Assembly: GCF_009914755.1 (NCBI RefSeq)
Contig: NC_060944.1
DNA: 64,000 bases
DNA from: the human T2T-CHM13v2.0 reference genome, Homo sapiens
Reading direction: 5' to 3' (one strand)
Below are positions 1 through 19,202 of this stretch, piece by piece (positions within the stretch are counted from its first letter, which is position 1; every line of letters starts with the position of its first letter). The translations under genes and the position numbers were made by a program. Under the pieces are notes generated by a model. It was not told where the DNA came from. It did not search any database and worked only from the letters and a program-made list of their open reading frames with translations.

Positions 1-93
1 TGCTCGCCCGCCCGCCGCTCACCTCCTGCTGTGCGGCCGGTTCCTAGGAGGCCACAGAGCAGTCGGTCGCAGCCCAGGGGTTGGGGACCCGCT
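1..93. mobile_element. MER1B-like hAT-Charlie MITE end (cut by window edge)
   Basis: ctgctgtgcggccggttcct...gcccaggggttggggaccc resembles the MER1 terminus. Confidence 0.7.
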
Positions 94-226
94 CTAGCCC
101 CATCTGACCTGTAATATTGTTCCGGCTCGCCTTTCCGTGCATTGCAGTTTCCCTTTGAAATTCACCATTTGCCAAGGGACAAGGGCCCCTCTTTAAAGGC
201 AGAAACATATCAGGAGCTATTTTAGA

Positions 227-560
227 TCAGGTTCCCTAGGAACAGGGCAAGCGGCTTGTTGGGGTGCTCTCAGGAGAAGAACAACCTCTAAGGGAGAGAA
301 GGAAGCAGGAGAGGGAGAGGAAGAGGCCAAGCACAGCTCCGGCTCAGCTGGAATCTACAGCCAGCCTGACCCACGGGGAGCTCTGGGGCATGAATGGCCA
401 CACGTGGTGTCTTCCTACCTTGAGGCAAAGGAGCGGGCTTTTGTATCCCCATCGGGTCATGGGTGCTCAGGGGAGAAAGCTCAGGGGAGAAAGCATGTCT
501 CTCTACCCCGGCATCTCCAGGCAAACGGCGTCAATCCCTGAAGGACAATTGTCTTAGGAA
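227..560 (-). mobile_element. LTR16-like ERVL solo LTR remnant
   Basis: tcaggttccctagg...cagcctgacccacggggagctctgg...ccttgaggcaaagg resembles antisense LTR16. Confidence 0.55.
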
Positions 561-734
561 GATTGCATGTGAAGCTCTTATCCACAGCCCTAGAGCTGCG
601 GGGGATGCATGTGCCGTCTACAGAGGGACGTCTGGGCAGGGAACTTAGAGCATATGCTCTAAGAGTATTGGTGAGCGCCCTGGGGACGGGGATGAAGAGA
701 ATGCAGAGAGAGAGCCGGTGCATGCTGGCCAGAC

Positions 735-930
735 ACTTGCTGGGTACTCCATGCTATTTCATTTGACCTTCACGACAGTTCAAAGGAAGCTTCTATCATT
801 GTTATTGTTCCATTCTACAGATGTGGATATTGAGTCTTAGAAAGATAAAAGGATTTTTCTAAGGTCCCTTTCTAGAGGTTGAAAGAAGCAGAGCAGGAAT
901 TTGAACTCAGGCCGATCTGACTCTGGATCT
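735..930 (-). mobile_element. MIR
   Basis: ccattctacagatgtggatattgag...ggaatttgaactcagg, antisense MIR core. Confidence 0.65.
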
Positions 931-1439
931 GTTACCACTGCAGAGCTCTGCCTCCCCGATGCCAGAGAGCAGCGTGGCGGGTCTGCGCTGGGTCAGAGCA
1001 GAGCAAGGCAAGGTCTCTCAGCCCCTTGACGCTTCCATACCAGAGTTGGCCTGGCCTTTGTCTCCAGGCTCGGCACCAACCAGGAAAGCTGCTAGCAGAG
1101 CCGCTGGTCTGGCCAGAGACTCCACCCAGTTGTTGCAGACAGGGTGGGGTGTGTGGTCCAGTAGCCCAGTTCCTCTCACTGGGGATCCTCAGCTGCAGCT
1201 GCCTTACAGGTTGTGCAGTCACTTCTGACTCAGAGGCTGCCCAGCCTCCCGGTTTGCTGATTCTGCAAAATAAACAGTCCCGAGCTGCTGCTTGCTTCAT
1301 TTGGAATGCCTGGTCTTCCTGGGAGTGGTAGAGGACAAGAGTACGTTTAGGACGCTGTGAGAAATTCACTGACGGAACTGGTCTCCCCCAAACTGCAAAA
1401 TATGGTGCTGAGGGTGTGCTCCCAGGGAAGCTACACTAG

Positions 1440-1612
1440 GCAGACTCTCAAGCTAGACTGCCTGGGCTCAAATCCCAGGCCCATCTCTCAGCAGCCACAT
1501 GGCCCAGGGCAAGTCACTGAGCCTCCCTGAGCCTGTGGATAATCAAAGGCACTTTCCTTGAGGAGTTTTTGCAAGAGTTAATTGAGATAATTCATGGAAG
1601 GTGCTTAGTGCT
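1440..1612 (+). mobile_element. MIR
   Basis: agactgcctgggctcaaatccc...gggcaagtcactgagcctc. Confidence 0.65.
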
Positions 1613-2026
1613 TATTAATTTTTATAATCATGATTTTAAAAAGCAATTCTCCTTGCATTTAATTCAACAAGGTTTCTGGAAGACCTTATTTTAAAGGACC
1701 TCCCAGCCTTGTGAGAGAGACAGGTCACTGGAAAATCTATGAAATTTGGCTAAGGCCAAAAGGACACCCCCTCCTTTATCAAAGTACTTTAGAGATGTTA
1801 TTTCATTATGTCCTGGCCTCCATGGGTTCTGAAGAGAAGTTAGAAGTAATTAGCATGTAACGGGCTGTTTTTCCTCTGGCTGATTTTAGGATCTTCTCTT
1901 CATGTTTGACTATAGTGTGCCTAATTATTGTTGTTGTTTTCGTCCTTCTTGGGGTTCACTGATCTTCTTGAATCTGTAAATGTATGTCTTTCATCAGATT
2001 TGCAACATTTCAGATATCGTTTATGA

Positions 2027-2329
<303 letters not shown>

Positions 2330-2701
2330 ATGATTTTTTTTTTTACCCTATTTTCTATGTCATCTCCTTCTAGGTCTAGAAGAGTCAGTGTTAGACCTTT
2401 CAATGTTGTCCCATAGGTTGCAGAGGCTCTAGTTCAAATTTTTCAAATCCTCTTCCCCTGTTTTCAGATTGGATAATTTCTATTTATTTATCATCAAAAC
2501 AAGTGACTCTTCTGCCATTGCCAATCTTGTTGTTAAGCTCCTCCAGTGAATTTAAAAATTCAGATTTTTTTATTTCTAGAATTTCTATTTAGTTCCTTTT
2601 TTATAGTTTTTGTTTTTCTGCTGAGATTTCTTACTTGTTTATTACATGCATACTGTCATTTATAATCCTTGAGCATACGATTGGCATAAAATCCTTGTCT
2701 G

Positions 2702-3000
2702 GGCTGGGCACGGTGGCTCATGCCTGTAATCCCAGCACTTTGGGAGGCCAAGGCGGGTGGATCACCTGGTCAGGAGTTCAAGACCAGCCTGGCCAACATG
2801 GTAAAACTCTATCTCTATTAAAAATACCAAAATCAGCCAGGCATGTTGGTGGGCACCTGTAATCCCAGCTACTTGGGAGGCTGAGGCAGGAGAATTGCTT
2901 GAACCCAGGAAGCAGAGGTTGCAGCAAGCTGAGGATTGCGTCATTGCACTCCAGCCTGGGCAACAGAGTGAGACTCCATCTCAAAAAAAAAAAAAAAAAA
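2702..3000 (+). mobile_element. AluS
   Basis: full dimer with poly-A; TSD aaaatc(c/t)ttgtctg. Confidence 0.93.
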
Positions 3001-4265
3001 TCTTTGTCTGGTCATTTCAGTTCTAGGTTATTATGAGGTTGTTTTCCATCAATTGCCTTTTTTCTTAAGCATGGGTCACATTTACCTATTTTTTTTTTTT
3101 GAAGGCTTACTAATTTTTAGTTGCATTCTAAATATTATGAATTGTATATGTAGAGATTCCAGATGCTGTTGTGTTTCTCTGAAGAATATTTATTTATTAT
3201 TTATTTTCTAAAGCATACAGTTAACTTGGCTAGACTCAAACTATAAAATTGATCCCTTCTGCAGTGGTCCATGGCTAAAATATCTGTTAAGTTCTTTTAC
3301 CTTGCTGGACTTCTTGGATTCTGACTTTCAATCTTTTCAGGGATTAGCTAGAGACCAGGTCAAATTTTAAACAAATAAGTTAGGGCTCCTTCTCTCTGCT
3401 TCTCTCTGTTTTGGAATTCCTCCTTCCTTTGAAGTAATTTGAGAATGTGATTGTCCCAAACTCCAGCCTATGGTTCTTCAACTCAGTGCAACTGTGGCTT
3501 TTTTGTCATAGCTTTAACCCTCTTGTTCTAGAAGTGGGTCTTGGGCTATGATCTATATCAAAGGCAAAAAACTACACAATGAGAAAGTCACCCTGGTTAT
3601 TCCAAGTGTCAGCTGCCTTCCAGTTTCTGCCTAGTTTTGCTCACTGCCCAGTGCTCTCAGGGAATCGTTACTCATGCTTTGTCCAGCATCTGTGGTTGTC
3701 ACCAGAAGCCAGAAGTCCACACCATCTCATTTCACCTCTGCATGGGATGAGCATATGGACACTCAGAGAGGTGAAGCAAAGCACCCAGTGCTTCCCAGCT
3801 GTGATGAGCTTCTTAGAAATATTTGCTGAGTGTCTACATCCTGCCAGGCACTGTGCTGGGTCCTGGCAACACAGCCATGAGCTACTTCGACAAAGTCCTT
3901 CCACCCAGGGTACTTACATACTGGTAGCAAAATTGGATGATAAGCTAGTAAACCCTCTAATAAATAGGATAACCATGGAGGATGGTAAGTAGGCCAGGAT
4001 ACGACTGTGAGGGAGAGGAGACAGCTTTGGTTTGGTGGTCAGGCAGGTGACATTTTAGATGAAATAAGAATGAAGTGAAGGGATGAACCTGTGGATTTCT
4101 AGGGAAAAGCTTTCCGTGCAGAACACCATCCAGAGCAAGGCTATACGAGGGACAAGTTTGGATTGCTGCATTCAAGGAAGAAGGAGGAGGTCTGTGTGGC
4201 TGCAGCCGTGTGAGCCAGGGAGAGAGGAAGGACATGGAGCAGGCAGGGACAGACGCTTTCCTCTC

Positions 4266-4630
4266 TGATATGGTTTGGCTGTGTCCCCACCCAAATCTCA
4301 TTTTGAATTGTAGTTCCCATAATCTTCACATGTCGTGGGAGGGACCCAGTGGGAGGTAATTGAATCATGGGGGCAGGTTTTTCCTGTGCTGTTCTCGTGA
4401 TAGTGAATAAGTCTCATGAGATCTGATGGTTTTATCAAGGGCAGTTCCCCTGCACACGCTCTGTTGCCTGCCACCATGTGGGACATGTCTTTGTTCCTCC
4501 TTCACCTTCCACCATGATTGTGAGGCCTCCCCAGCTATGTGGAACTGTGAATCCATTAAACCTCTTTTTCTTTGTAAATTGCTCAGTCTTGGGTGTGTCT
4601 TTATTAGCAATGTGAGAACAGACTAAAACA
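4266..4630 (+). mobile_element. THE1 (C/D-like) MaLR solo LTR
   Basis: tgatatggtttggctgtgtccccacccaaatc...gagaacagactaaaaca. Confidence 0.88.
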
Positions 4631-4854
4631 ACCTCCTTCCTCTACAGCTTCTCTGTGCTCCCACTCCTAGAACTTATCGCCTTCCCAGCTGCACCCAACC
4701 CCAAGGACCACTTTTGCAGCAACCAAGTGAAGATTTAGGAGCCTGGAGAATCTGATGGCTTGAATCTTTGAGCTCCTCCTCTCTTTCTAAGCCCATAGAG
4801 AAGGTTGAGAGAATTGAATGAGACAACACACGTCAGGCACTAAGAATGTATGTG

Positions 4855-5506
4855 TTTAAAAAGTCAGTACAACAATAGATGCTGGAGAAGATGTGGAGAA
4901 ATAGGAATGCTTTTACACTGCTGGTGGGAGTGTAAATTAATTCAATCATTGTGGAAGACAGTGTGGCGATTCCTCAAGGATCTAGAACCAGAAATACCAT
5001 TTGACTCAGCAATCCCACTATGGGTATATACCCAAAGGATTATAAATCATTCTACTATAAAGACACATGCACATGTATGTTTATTGCCGCACTGTTCACA
5101 ATAGCAAAGAGTTGGAACCAATCCAAATGCCCATCAATGATAGACTGGATAAAGAAAATGTGGCACATATACACCATGGAATACTATGCAGCCTTAAAAA
5201 AGGATGAGTTCATGTCCTTCGCAGGGACATGGTTGAAACTGAGAAACCATCATTCTCAGCAACCTAAAACAAGAACAGAAAACCAAACACCACATGTTCT
5301 CACTCACAAGTGGGAGTTGAACAATGAGAACACATGGACACAGGGAGGGGAACATCACACACCAGGGCCTATCAGGGAGTAGGGGGCTAGGGTTGATGGG
5401 TACAGCAAACCACCATGGCACGTGTATACCTATGTAACAAACCTGCACATTCTGCACATGTATCCAAGAACTTAGAGTATAATAATAATAATAATAATAA
5501 TAATAA
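4855..5506 (+). mobile_element. 5'-truncated L1PA (ORF2 C-terminal remnant plus 3' UTR), (AAT)n tail
   Basis: remnant peptide IYPKDYKSFYYKDTCTCMFIAALFTIAK...WIKKMWHIYTMEYYAA; TSD aagaatgtatgtg at 4842-4854 and 5507-5519. Confidence 0.93.
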
Positions 5507-5694
5507 AAGAATGTATGTGCAGAATATTCCTTGGTGCACTTTACATTTGCAAGCTAATATAATCCTAGCAATAACCCTCTGGAGTGGGCATTATTGTTAC
5601 TGTTGTTTCATTAGCTTATTTCACAAATAAGGAAACCAAGACTCAGAGAGGCTAGGTGGCTTGTCCAGGGCCACAAAGCTAGAAAAGAACTGGG

Positions 5695-6014
<320 letters not shown>

Positions 6015-6275
6015 TCAGGCTAATTTTACCACTGTACTTTATTGGCTCTTCAATCAAGACCCAGCGTATCATAAGCTAATAAGTATATTAATTCTAAGTC
6101 TGAGCTAATGTGTTTATTGCCTTAAAAATTGACATGATAGGAAGACATTCTCCTGCACTATGAAACAAAAGAGAAGGAAAAAATTTAACATGACATTTCC
6201 ATTCAACTCAACACTGTGTTTATGCTGTGACTTCAAACCCCTTAAGGCATACACCCACCCCCCAGGCCCTTAGAA

Positions 6276-6470
6276 CAGGGGGTTCAAACTAGAACCCATG
6301 AACCCAATCCGGCCTTCCTCCTGCTTTTATAAATCAGCTTTTACAGAATATGGCTATGCCTGTTTGTTTCTGGATTGCCTGTGGTCTCTGGTTGCTGCCA
6401 CAATGACAGAATTGAGCAGTTGCATGGGACATATCTATACTAAAAAAATTATTTATGGCTTATCTGACAT
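6276..6470. mobile_element. MER58A-like hAT MITE
   Basis: cagggggttcaaact...gacagaattgagcagttgc. Confidence 0.55.
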
Positions 6471-7072
6471 TCAGATCTAACTGGCTTCCCGTATTTTCTT
6501 TGACAACACTACCAAGGTGTGAATTCCCAGGCAGAGAGAGGAAGAGTCCTGCAGGGACTTATGACAGCCAGACTTTTTCACGAGGGTGGGTCAGGGAACC
6601 ACAGCCCAAAGAGAAGGCTTCAAATGCCCCAAATGACTTTACGGCAGGATATGCTCCCAGCACCTGAGCAAAGGTGAGTCTCTATTTTCTAAGGGAGCAC
6701 CCTAGAGTCTAATCTTGGAATCTAGGGTCTGCAGTTGTAACGCAGCTGGGAAATATATATACATTTTTAATTTTTTGATTGTTGTCATTTTGTTGTGTTT
6801 GTGTGGCTCACAAGCTGAAGAGGTCTGGTTTTCCCATCCAAGATCTTTTTGCAGTTGTTTTCTTCTCGAGGTCTTCCTGCCTCACCCTCTCTGGCTCTTG
6901 CTGTCTTTCTCCTTTACATTGCGTGCTCAGGGAATGGTTCAAGAGATCCAATGCCTTCTGACAGGTGACAAGACAGAGTGAACAGTGCAGTGGGTTTGGG
7001 GCCATAATCCAGGTGGCAGAAGGAGGAGCCACGAGGCTTAGAAGGAAACAAAACAGAGTCTGCTGCCGAAGA

Positions 7073-7179
7073 GGCCCCAAACCAAGGGAGGCCCTGGAAG
7101 GCTCAAAACTAGGAGAGGCCCAGGGAGGCCCCAAACCAGGGGAAGCCCTGGGAGGCCAAGGGAGGCCCAAAACCAGGGG
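7073..7179. repeat. degenerate 27-bp minisatellite, about 3.6 copies
   Basis: units ggccccaaaccaagggaggccctggaa / ggctcaaaactaggagaggcccaggga / ggccccaaaccaggggaagccctggga, then a partial copy. Confidence 0.85.
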
Positions 7180-7271
7180 TTGCAGCTCTCCTTAGATTTT
7201 TAAAATAATTATTAGGGGGCATTATTCTCAGATATGGGGCTGCATGGCTGAGTGGAACCGACACCAGCTTC

Positions 7272-7576
7272 TTTTTTTTTTTTTTTTTTTTTTGAGGCAG
7301 AGTCTCGCTCTGTGGCCCAGGCTGGAGTGCAGTGGCACGATCTCGGCTCACTGCAAGCTCCGCCTCCCTGGGTTCTCGCCATTCTCCTGCCTCAGCCTCC
7401 CGACTAGCTGGGACTACAGGTGCCCGCCACCATGCCCGGCTAATTTTTTTGTATTTTTTGTAGAGACGGGGTTTCACCGTGTTAGCCAGGATGGTCTTGA
7501 TCTCCTGATCTCGTGATCCGCCCTCCTCGGCCTCCCAAAGTGCTGGGATAACAGGCATGAGCCACCGTGCGCAGCA
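7272..7576 (-). mobile_element. AluY
   Basis: ctgcaagctccgcctcc and gccattctcc diagnostics; TSD gacaccagcttct. Confidence 0.93.
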
Positions 7577-7906
7577 GACACCAGCTTCTAAATGTGCCTG
7601 AACAGGCAGGATCCAGCTCTGCCACCCACTGCTTTGGGAGCCTGGGTTTTGTCATCTGCTCCCAGGAATAATGGGCTTACCTGTCCCGGGGTTGCTGTAA
7701 GGACTCAAAGAAGTGCCTGGCTTGGAGACAGCTGGCTCAGTACTTATCATGCAGAACCCGAGGCTCAGAGGCCAGGTGACTTTCTTGAGGTCACACAGCT
7801 GATACAAAGCAGAGCTGGGACGGGGACCCAGGTGGGGCATGCACCCCAACCCCCTTGCTCACTATTCTGTTCTCATAGAAGTCTTGCTTATTTATTTAAT
7901 TATTTA

Positions 7907-8233
<327 letters not shown>

Positions 8234-8913
8234 TTAGGCTCTCCATCTGCTCTGAAATCTTCTGATCAAATCTCAGGAATCAGCACACAATTCTGTGTTT
8301 CTGCTGTTACACTGGATCTGGCTTTGGGAGGGGCTAGTTTACGGTACTTTGTCATAGGTACGGAGAGATGCACAGAGGTGCTGCGTGTAAAAGGCTGAGC
8401 ACAGCCCCTTACATACAGAGGAGCCCAGAGGCTCTTAGCTGGAGTTGGGAGCACAGTGTGTCACTCTTAGCCCAGGTCTGCTTGGCACTGACCAATCTGT
8501 AATGCTCAGCTATCCTCACCACTATGTAAAGCAGTCAGCACCAGGAATGGAAACTACCTAACAGCTCTCAGTAAATGGTAGCTTAAACATGTCCAAGATC
8601 CAAGGTCTCCCCTCTTTGTATCTGCTGCCACTTGTAAGGGGCAGGGGTGGGGCTGCTGATGCAGTACCTTCTGCCTCCCAAAAAACACAGGCACACATAA
8701 CTCGGAGAAGTTCCCAGGGCCTCTTCCACCTCCTCGGCTCTCCAGGGCCTTCCCCAGAACCGGACAGCCCCTTATTTTGCAACTCAGAATAAAAGACTTT
8801 TATGAAATAAATGAGAAGGAAAGGGGATTGTTTCTTGGGTATCCCCCAGCACCCTGGAGTTGATTTTGAGCCCCATTTTTCTCCTCCAATTCTCTTCCAA
8901 ACAATTTCTCTAA

Positions 8914-9206
<293 letters not shown>

Positions 9207-9240
9207 AATCTCTGTAACTCTTATCTGGAGGAAAGGGGTT

Positions 9241-9609
9241 TGATATTCTTTGGCTGTGTCCCCACCCAAATCTTATCTTGAATTGTAGCTCCCATAATTC
9301 CCACATGTTGTGGAAAGGACCCAGTGGGAGACAATTGAATCATGGGGGCAGTTCCTCCCATTCCCCCCATACTGTCCTTGTGGTAGTGGATATGTCTCAT
9401 GAGATCTGACGGTTTGATAAGGGGTTTCCCCTTTCACTTGGCTCTCATTCTCTCTTGCCTGCTGCCATGTAAGACGTGTCTTTCACCTTCCACCATGATT
9501 GTGAGGCCTACCCAGCCACATGGAACTATGAGTCCATTAAACCTCTTTTTCTTTATAAATTACCCAGTATCGAGTATGTCTATCAGCAGCGTGAAAATCG
9601 ACCAATACA
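9241..9609 (+). mobile_element. THE1B-like solo LTR
   Basis: tgatattctttggctgtgtccccacc...atcagcagcgtgaaaatcgaccaataca; near-TSD gggtt/gggct. Confidence 0.88.
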
Positions 9610-9937
9610 GGGCTCCAGGAAAACTTCTGGGGTAAAAAGCAGCAAGTTGGGATGGAAAGAGCACTTTTTTACAGGGATCTCTCCCATCAGCAGAACCCCA
9701 ATGCTGTTCTGAAGTGCAGAGCCTTCTGGGTGCAAAGCTCTAGGTACTGGGGCTCCACCCTTTTCAGGATCTTTTTCCCCGATGCTGCACACAGTCAGAA
9801 GTGCAAGGCAGGGACCAGGAACTTATTCAAGGTGTGACCCTCTCCCAACTTAAACACAGTTTATAAGACCCCTTGTTGGCTTCTCAGTGCTCTTCGAAGT
9901 CTTATTCTTCATCTCCTCAACACTCTGCAGCCACACT

Positions 9938-10818
<881 letters not shown>

Positions 10819-11037
10819 CACTGGTCCCCTTTATGAGCCACCACATCTCCCATTCTTGCTGCAGGATCTTTGCACACGCTGTCCCTGCCCGTGTGCTGAC
10901 CGCAGGGAAACTCCCCTGGGACCCCTGGTCTAGCTCAGTTGCCAAAGCTCACCCTTCCTGGGCCCATGTGCCCTTCTTTTTCAGGCCATTTCTCTCAGTT
11001 TGAGGTTCAACACCCTCCTCTCTGAGATGGTTTGCTA

Positions 11038-11545
<508 letters not shown>

Positions 11546-11959
11546 ATGGAGCTGTAACTGCACCTCTCCCAGAGGGCTCTTTTAAGGGTGAAATGAATGA
11601 GTGTGTGTCATTTCCTTAGCACGGCATCTGCCATTCATTCAACAAGCACTCAGGAGCTCCTCCTGTATACCAGGCTCTGCACCTGCAGAACTACAGCTGA
11701 AAATGAAACTGACAAAGTCCCCTCCTGGTCGCGGAAGGCAGCCCACAGATGGACCTAGAAGAGAACGTCGAGCGTCGGGAAGGACGTTGTGTTGGGTGGT
11801 TCACAGCACAGACGCTGCGGCCAAACACCAGGTGGTGGAGGGCCCTTCTCAAACTGTCTGACCTCTCCGGGCCTCAATTTTCTCAGCTATAATATGGGCT
11901 GACAAGAGTAAACGACAATAGCAAATGAGTTAATATGTGTTGCCCCTGATGTTACAGTG

Positions 11960-12510
11960 GATAACGATGAGCTACTATTAGGAAAAGCCAGTCAGGGAAC
12001 TACAGTTGAGAAGAATGGCAGGGTGTCGTGTATGCGATTTCAGGTGGAGAGGTCACAGCATGCTCCTTTGGGGGTGGAGGGTGATAAGGGGGAAGGAGGG
12101 AGCCATGTGGGTATTTGGGAGGAAATGGTACAGCCACAGAGCAGATCAGGGTTGTCAGGTTCAAGGCTGGAGGCTGGTGCTGGGGTAGGAGGTGAGGCTG
12201 GAGAAGGTGCTGATGTGGCAAGGCAGGGACATGCAGTTTGTTCCCTGAGGGGTGGGAAGCTGCTGGAGGTTGTGACAGTTGCCTGGTGGGATCTGCCCAG
12301 CTTAGAGAGATTTGCCAATGTTGCTGTACAAGGGAGGCATGTGGGAAGAAGGACGGGCCCCAGGAGAACCAGCAAGAGGCTCTGGGGTCCAGGTGAGAAG
12401 TGATGGTAGCTTCGAGAGGGGCAGCGATGATGGAGGGAATGAGAGGCACAAATTCTGCATGCATTTTGAAGAAGTGACCAACAGAAAGTACTGGCAAATG
12501 GGCTGAAGCC
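11960..12510 (-). mobile_element. L2 remnant
   Basis: purine-rich ccaggtgagaagtgatggtagc...gcattttgaagaag, typical of antisense L2. Confidence 0.45.
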
Positions 12511-12717
12511 TATGGGGCCTGGCACAGTGGCTCATGCCTGTAATCCCAGCATTTTGGGAGGTTGAGGTGGGCAGATCGCTTGAGCCCAGGAGTTCGAGAC
12601 CAGCCTGGACAACATGGCAAGACTCCGTTTCTACAAAAAATACAAAACATTGTCTGGGCATGGAGGCACGTGCCTGTATTACCAGCTATCCAGGAGGCTG
12701 AGGTGGAAGGATCACCT

Positions 12718-13610
<893 letters not shown>

Positions 13611-14979
13611 ACCTGAGCCCAGGAGGTCGAGGCTGCAGTGAGCCAGCCGCTGTACTCCAGCCTGAGTGACAGAGCAAGACCCTGTCTAAAAAATAAAAAA
13701 TAAAAAATAAAATAAAAAATAAAAGCCTATAGAAAAGAGAAATCAATGGCCACACCAAGAATTTGGTCTAACTGGGTATAAATGGAGCCATTTACCTAAA
13801 CATGAGTGAAGTGCAGGGTGAGTGTGCCGTCGGTGGAACTTATTGAATTATTTTATTATAAGGATTGTGGCAGAACAGTAAAGATGTTGGCCACGCTCCT
13901 TCAAGTCTCAAGCTCACTGGATAGGCTAAGTAAAAAAAAAAAAAAAAAATCAAGCAAGAATAAGCAAAAGTCTGTCCCACATACAGAAGGAAGCCACTTT
14001 CTGTCCACACCTGAGGAAAACTGAGCTTTCTTGGCAGGCATCGAGAACTGATGGCTGTCCGAGACCAGCATCCCCGTGACTTCTGACTTTTCATTTTAAA
14101 ACTTATTTTCACATTTGTTCAAGTTGTGCCTATTCTAGGGCACTTTGAAAAGCGGCTCTTTCTCCAACCCCATCCTCGCCTCATTCCAAGGACAGACTTG
14201 AAATGGGGTGGGTCACCTGGCGTCTGCAATTTTCCTATAAATGTCCCCCTCCCTGGATAGAGCTAGTCAAAAGTGGGATGTGTTTAGAAGATATAGAGGG
14301 ATGCGGAGGTGTGTGTAAAGCTATCAGAATATTTTACTGTATCCTCTCCATGCCCAGGTGGGTGGAACTGGTTTCATTGGTAAACGCTTCCTAAACCAGA
14401 GAACAATGAGAGGCAATTGATCATCAAAAAAACCCAACAACAACAAAAACAAAACACACACACACACTGACAAGCTCCTCTTCCCCTCAAACTGACAACA
14501 ACAGAAAAAAAAAAGAAAAGCTTTTAAAAAGAAAGAGAGATCTTTGTGAATGTACATTGTAAGTTGAGGCCTGGAGAGAGAGCAGGATTGGAGAGGGGAG
14601 GTCTCTGCCTCAAGGGGGCTTCACTTATTTATGTCTCTAGTTAATAAAATAGATTATACTTTCATGAGATTCCCCCAAATTGTAAACATTTCTCTTAAAG
14701 CCATTAATAGTGATAATATATGATAGACATGAGTGACTGATACTTCATAGATGCCATAGCATCATCACCATCACCTTTGCTGACCATTTCCTGCCTGCCA
14801 AGGCTCTACACCCCTGGTCTGTGTTGGCCTCAAGGCCCCCAGCAGCCCTGCAAGGAAGGTGCTTTTATGTTCACCAGCTTAGGCACGCAGCAGGGCGAGA
14901 ATCTTGCCTCCCCTGCTGTGTGCATTCCCCCCAAAATCCACTCTAAGTGCCCCAGCCTGTTTGGTGGCACAGAAAGCCT

Positions 14980-16041
<1,062 letters not shown>

Positions 16042-16325
16042 TAATTATTCCCCCATGGTAATGGATATTTGTCCTTACTGCTGAACACCAATCTACACCA
16101 ATCTCCCCTCTTCCTTATCAGCACCTTGAGCGCTCTTGGGTAAACTGGTAGGCTTAGCCCTGTAGTTTGAGTCCAAACGTGTCATCTGGCCTGCCTCAGG
16201 GCAGACTCTGATTGTCTAACCAGCCTGCATGTTCCCTCGACTCAGAGGCTGGCTCAGTGAATAGGCGTATCTCAAATCCACATCAAAAAGACACGAAAAA
16301 CAAATAATGTCTCCTTGCTCCCTTA

Positions 16326-17705
<1,380 letters not shown>

Positions 17706-17857
17706 AAAACCCGATATGAACAGCTATTTACGGGGACTTCTGGGAAAATAAAGCCCCTTGCATGGGATCATGTGTAGGGCATAAGAATATGAAATTTGCA
17801 AGTAACTGTGACATTTTGCCACCAAAAGGGGAAGACTTGATCTGCTAGCAGTTCCTA

Positions 17858-18244
<387 letters not shown>

Positions 18245-18902
18245 TCATGATATGACCATGAGTGGCTGGATCCAGCCTTGCCTGAGATTAATTTAATCCT
18301 TGACTTTTCTGATTCTGAACAAGTAATTCCTTTATTATTTGAGTGGGTTTTCTGTCATTTGCAACATAATGATTAATTATGCGTTGTTGGGAATCATTCT
18401 CATCTCCTCTGAACCGCTCAGTAATCCCAAATTCTGAACTCACACACTCTGTGATGTTTGAGGTGCAAATTAATCCCTGAAAAGCCTGAGCTGTGCATGC
18501 TTTGGGGATACTTCTCTGCCGTCTCCAAGTCAGAGTCAGGTGCATGGGTGGAGGGCTACAGGGACCTCTGGGCTAATGGGGTTTTTGGAGTTGGACTTCA
18601 TTTCCCACCAAATAAATCTCCCTCCCCTGTTAGAGGATAATTTCTGGGACATCTTCTGACTAAGTTGAGGCTTGAGCCCCTTGCTTCTCAGTTTTCTCAG
18701 TCTGTGGTTATTTGTTGTTTTATTTAGGGATGGCTGGGGACGTGCTGTGATTATGGTTCGGGTTTTCATGTCTGCTGTAGATTTCACTGGGAGATCACCC
18801 CCTTCATGTCCCACCCCACTGGTAATAGTTATGTTCCTACTTGTTACTTTTAAAAAGCCTTTTATGGAAGGCCATTTGTGTAAACAAACAATCAAACATT
18901 TC

Positions 18903-19202
18903 TTTTTTTTTTTTTTTTTGAGATGGAGTCTGGCTCTGTCGCCCAGGCTGGAGTGCAGTGGCACAATCGCAGCTCACTACAACCTCTGCCTCCCAGGGTT
19001 CAAGCGAGTCTTCTGCCTCAGCCTCCTGAGTAGCTGGCATGACAGGCACCCGCCACCGCACCCGGCTAATTTTTTTGTATTTTTACTAGAGACGGGGTTT
19101 CACCATATTGTCCAGGCTGGTCTCCATCTCCTGACCTCATGATCTGCCCGCCTTGGCCTCCCAAAGTGCCGGGATTACAGGCGTGAGCCATTGCACCCGG
19201 CC
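18903..19202 (-). mobile_element. AluS
   Basis: TSD acaatcaaacatttct. Confidence 0.92.

Noticed and set aside
5020-5382. 120-aa ORF with real protein similarity
   Set aside because: It is the frameshifted C-terminus of L1 ORF2p in a 5'-truncated copy, not a host gene.
6517-6679. Strong donor AAG|GTGAGT at 6674 as an exon end
   Set aside because: Acceptor is ambiguous, and similar donors recur by chance (about 3986, 23433, 29614, 42851, 44814), mostly in repeats.
7073-7179. CRISPR-like array
   Set aside because: Units are contiguous with no unique spacers, and the context is eukaryotic.
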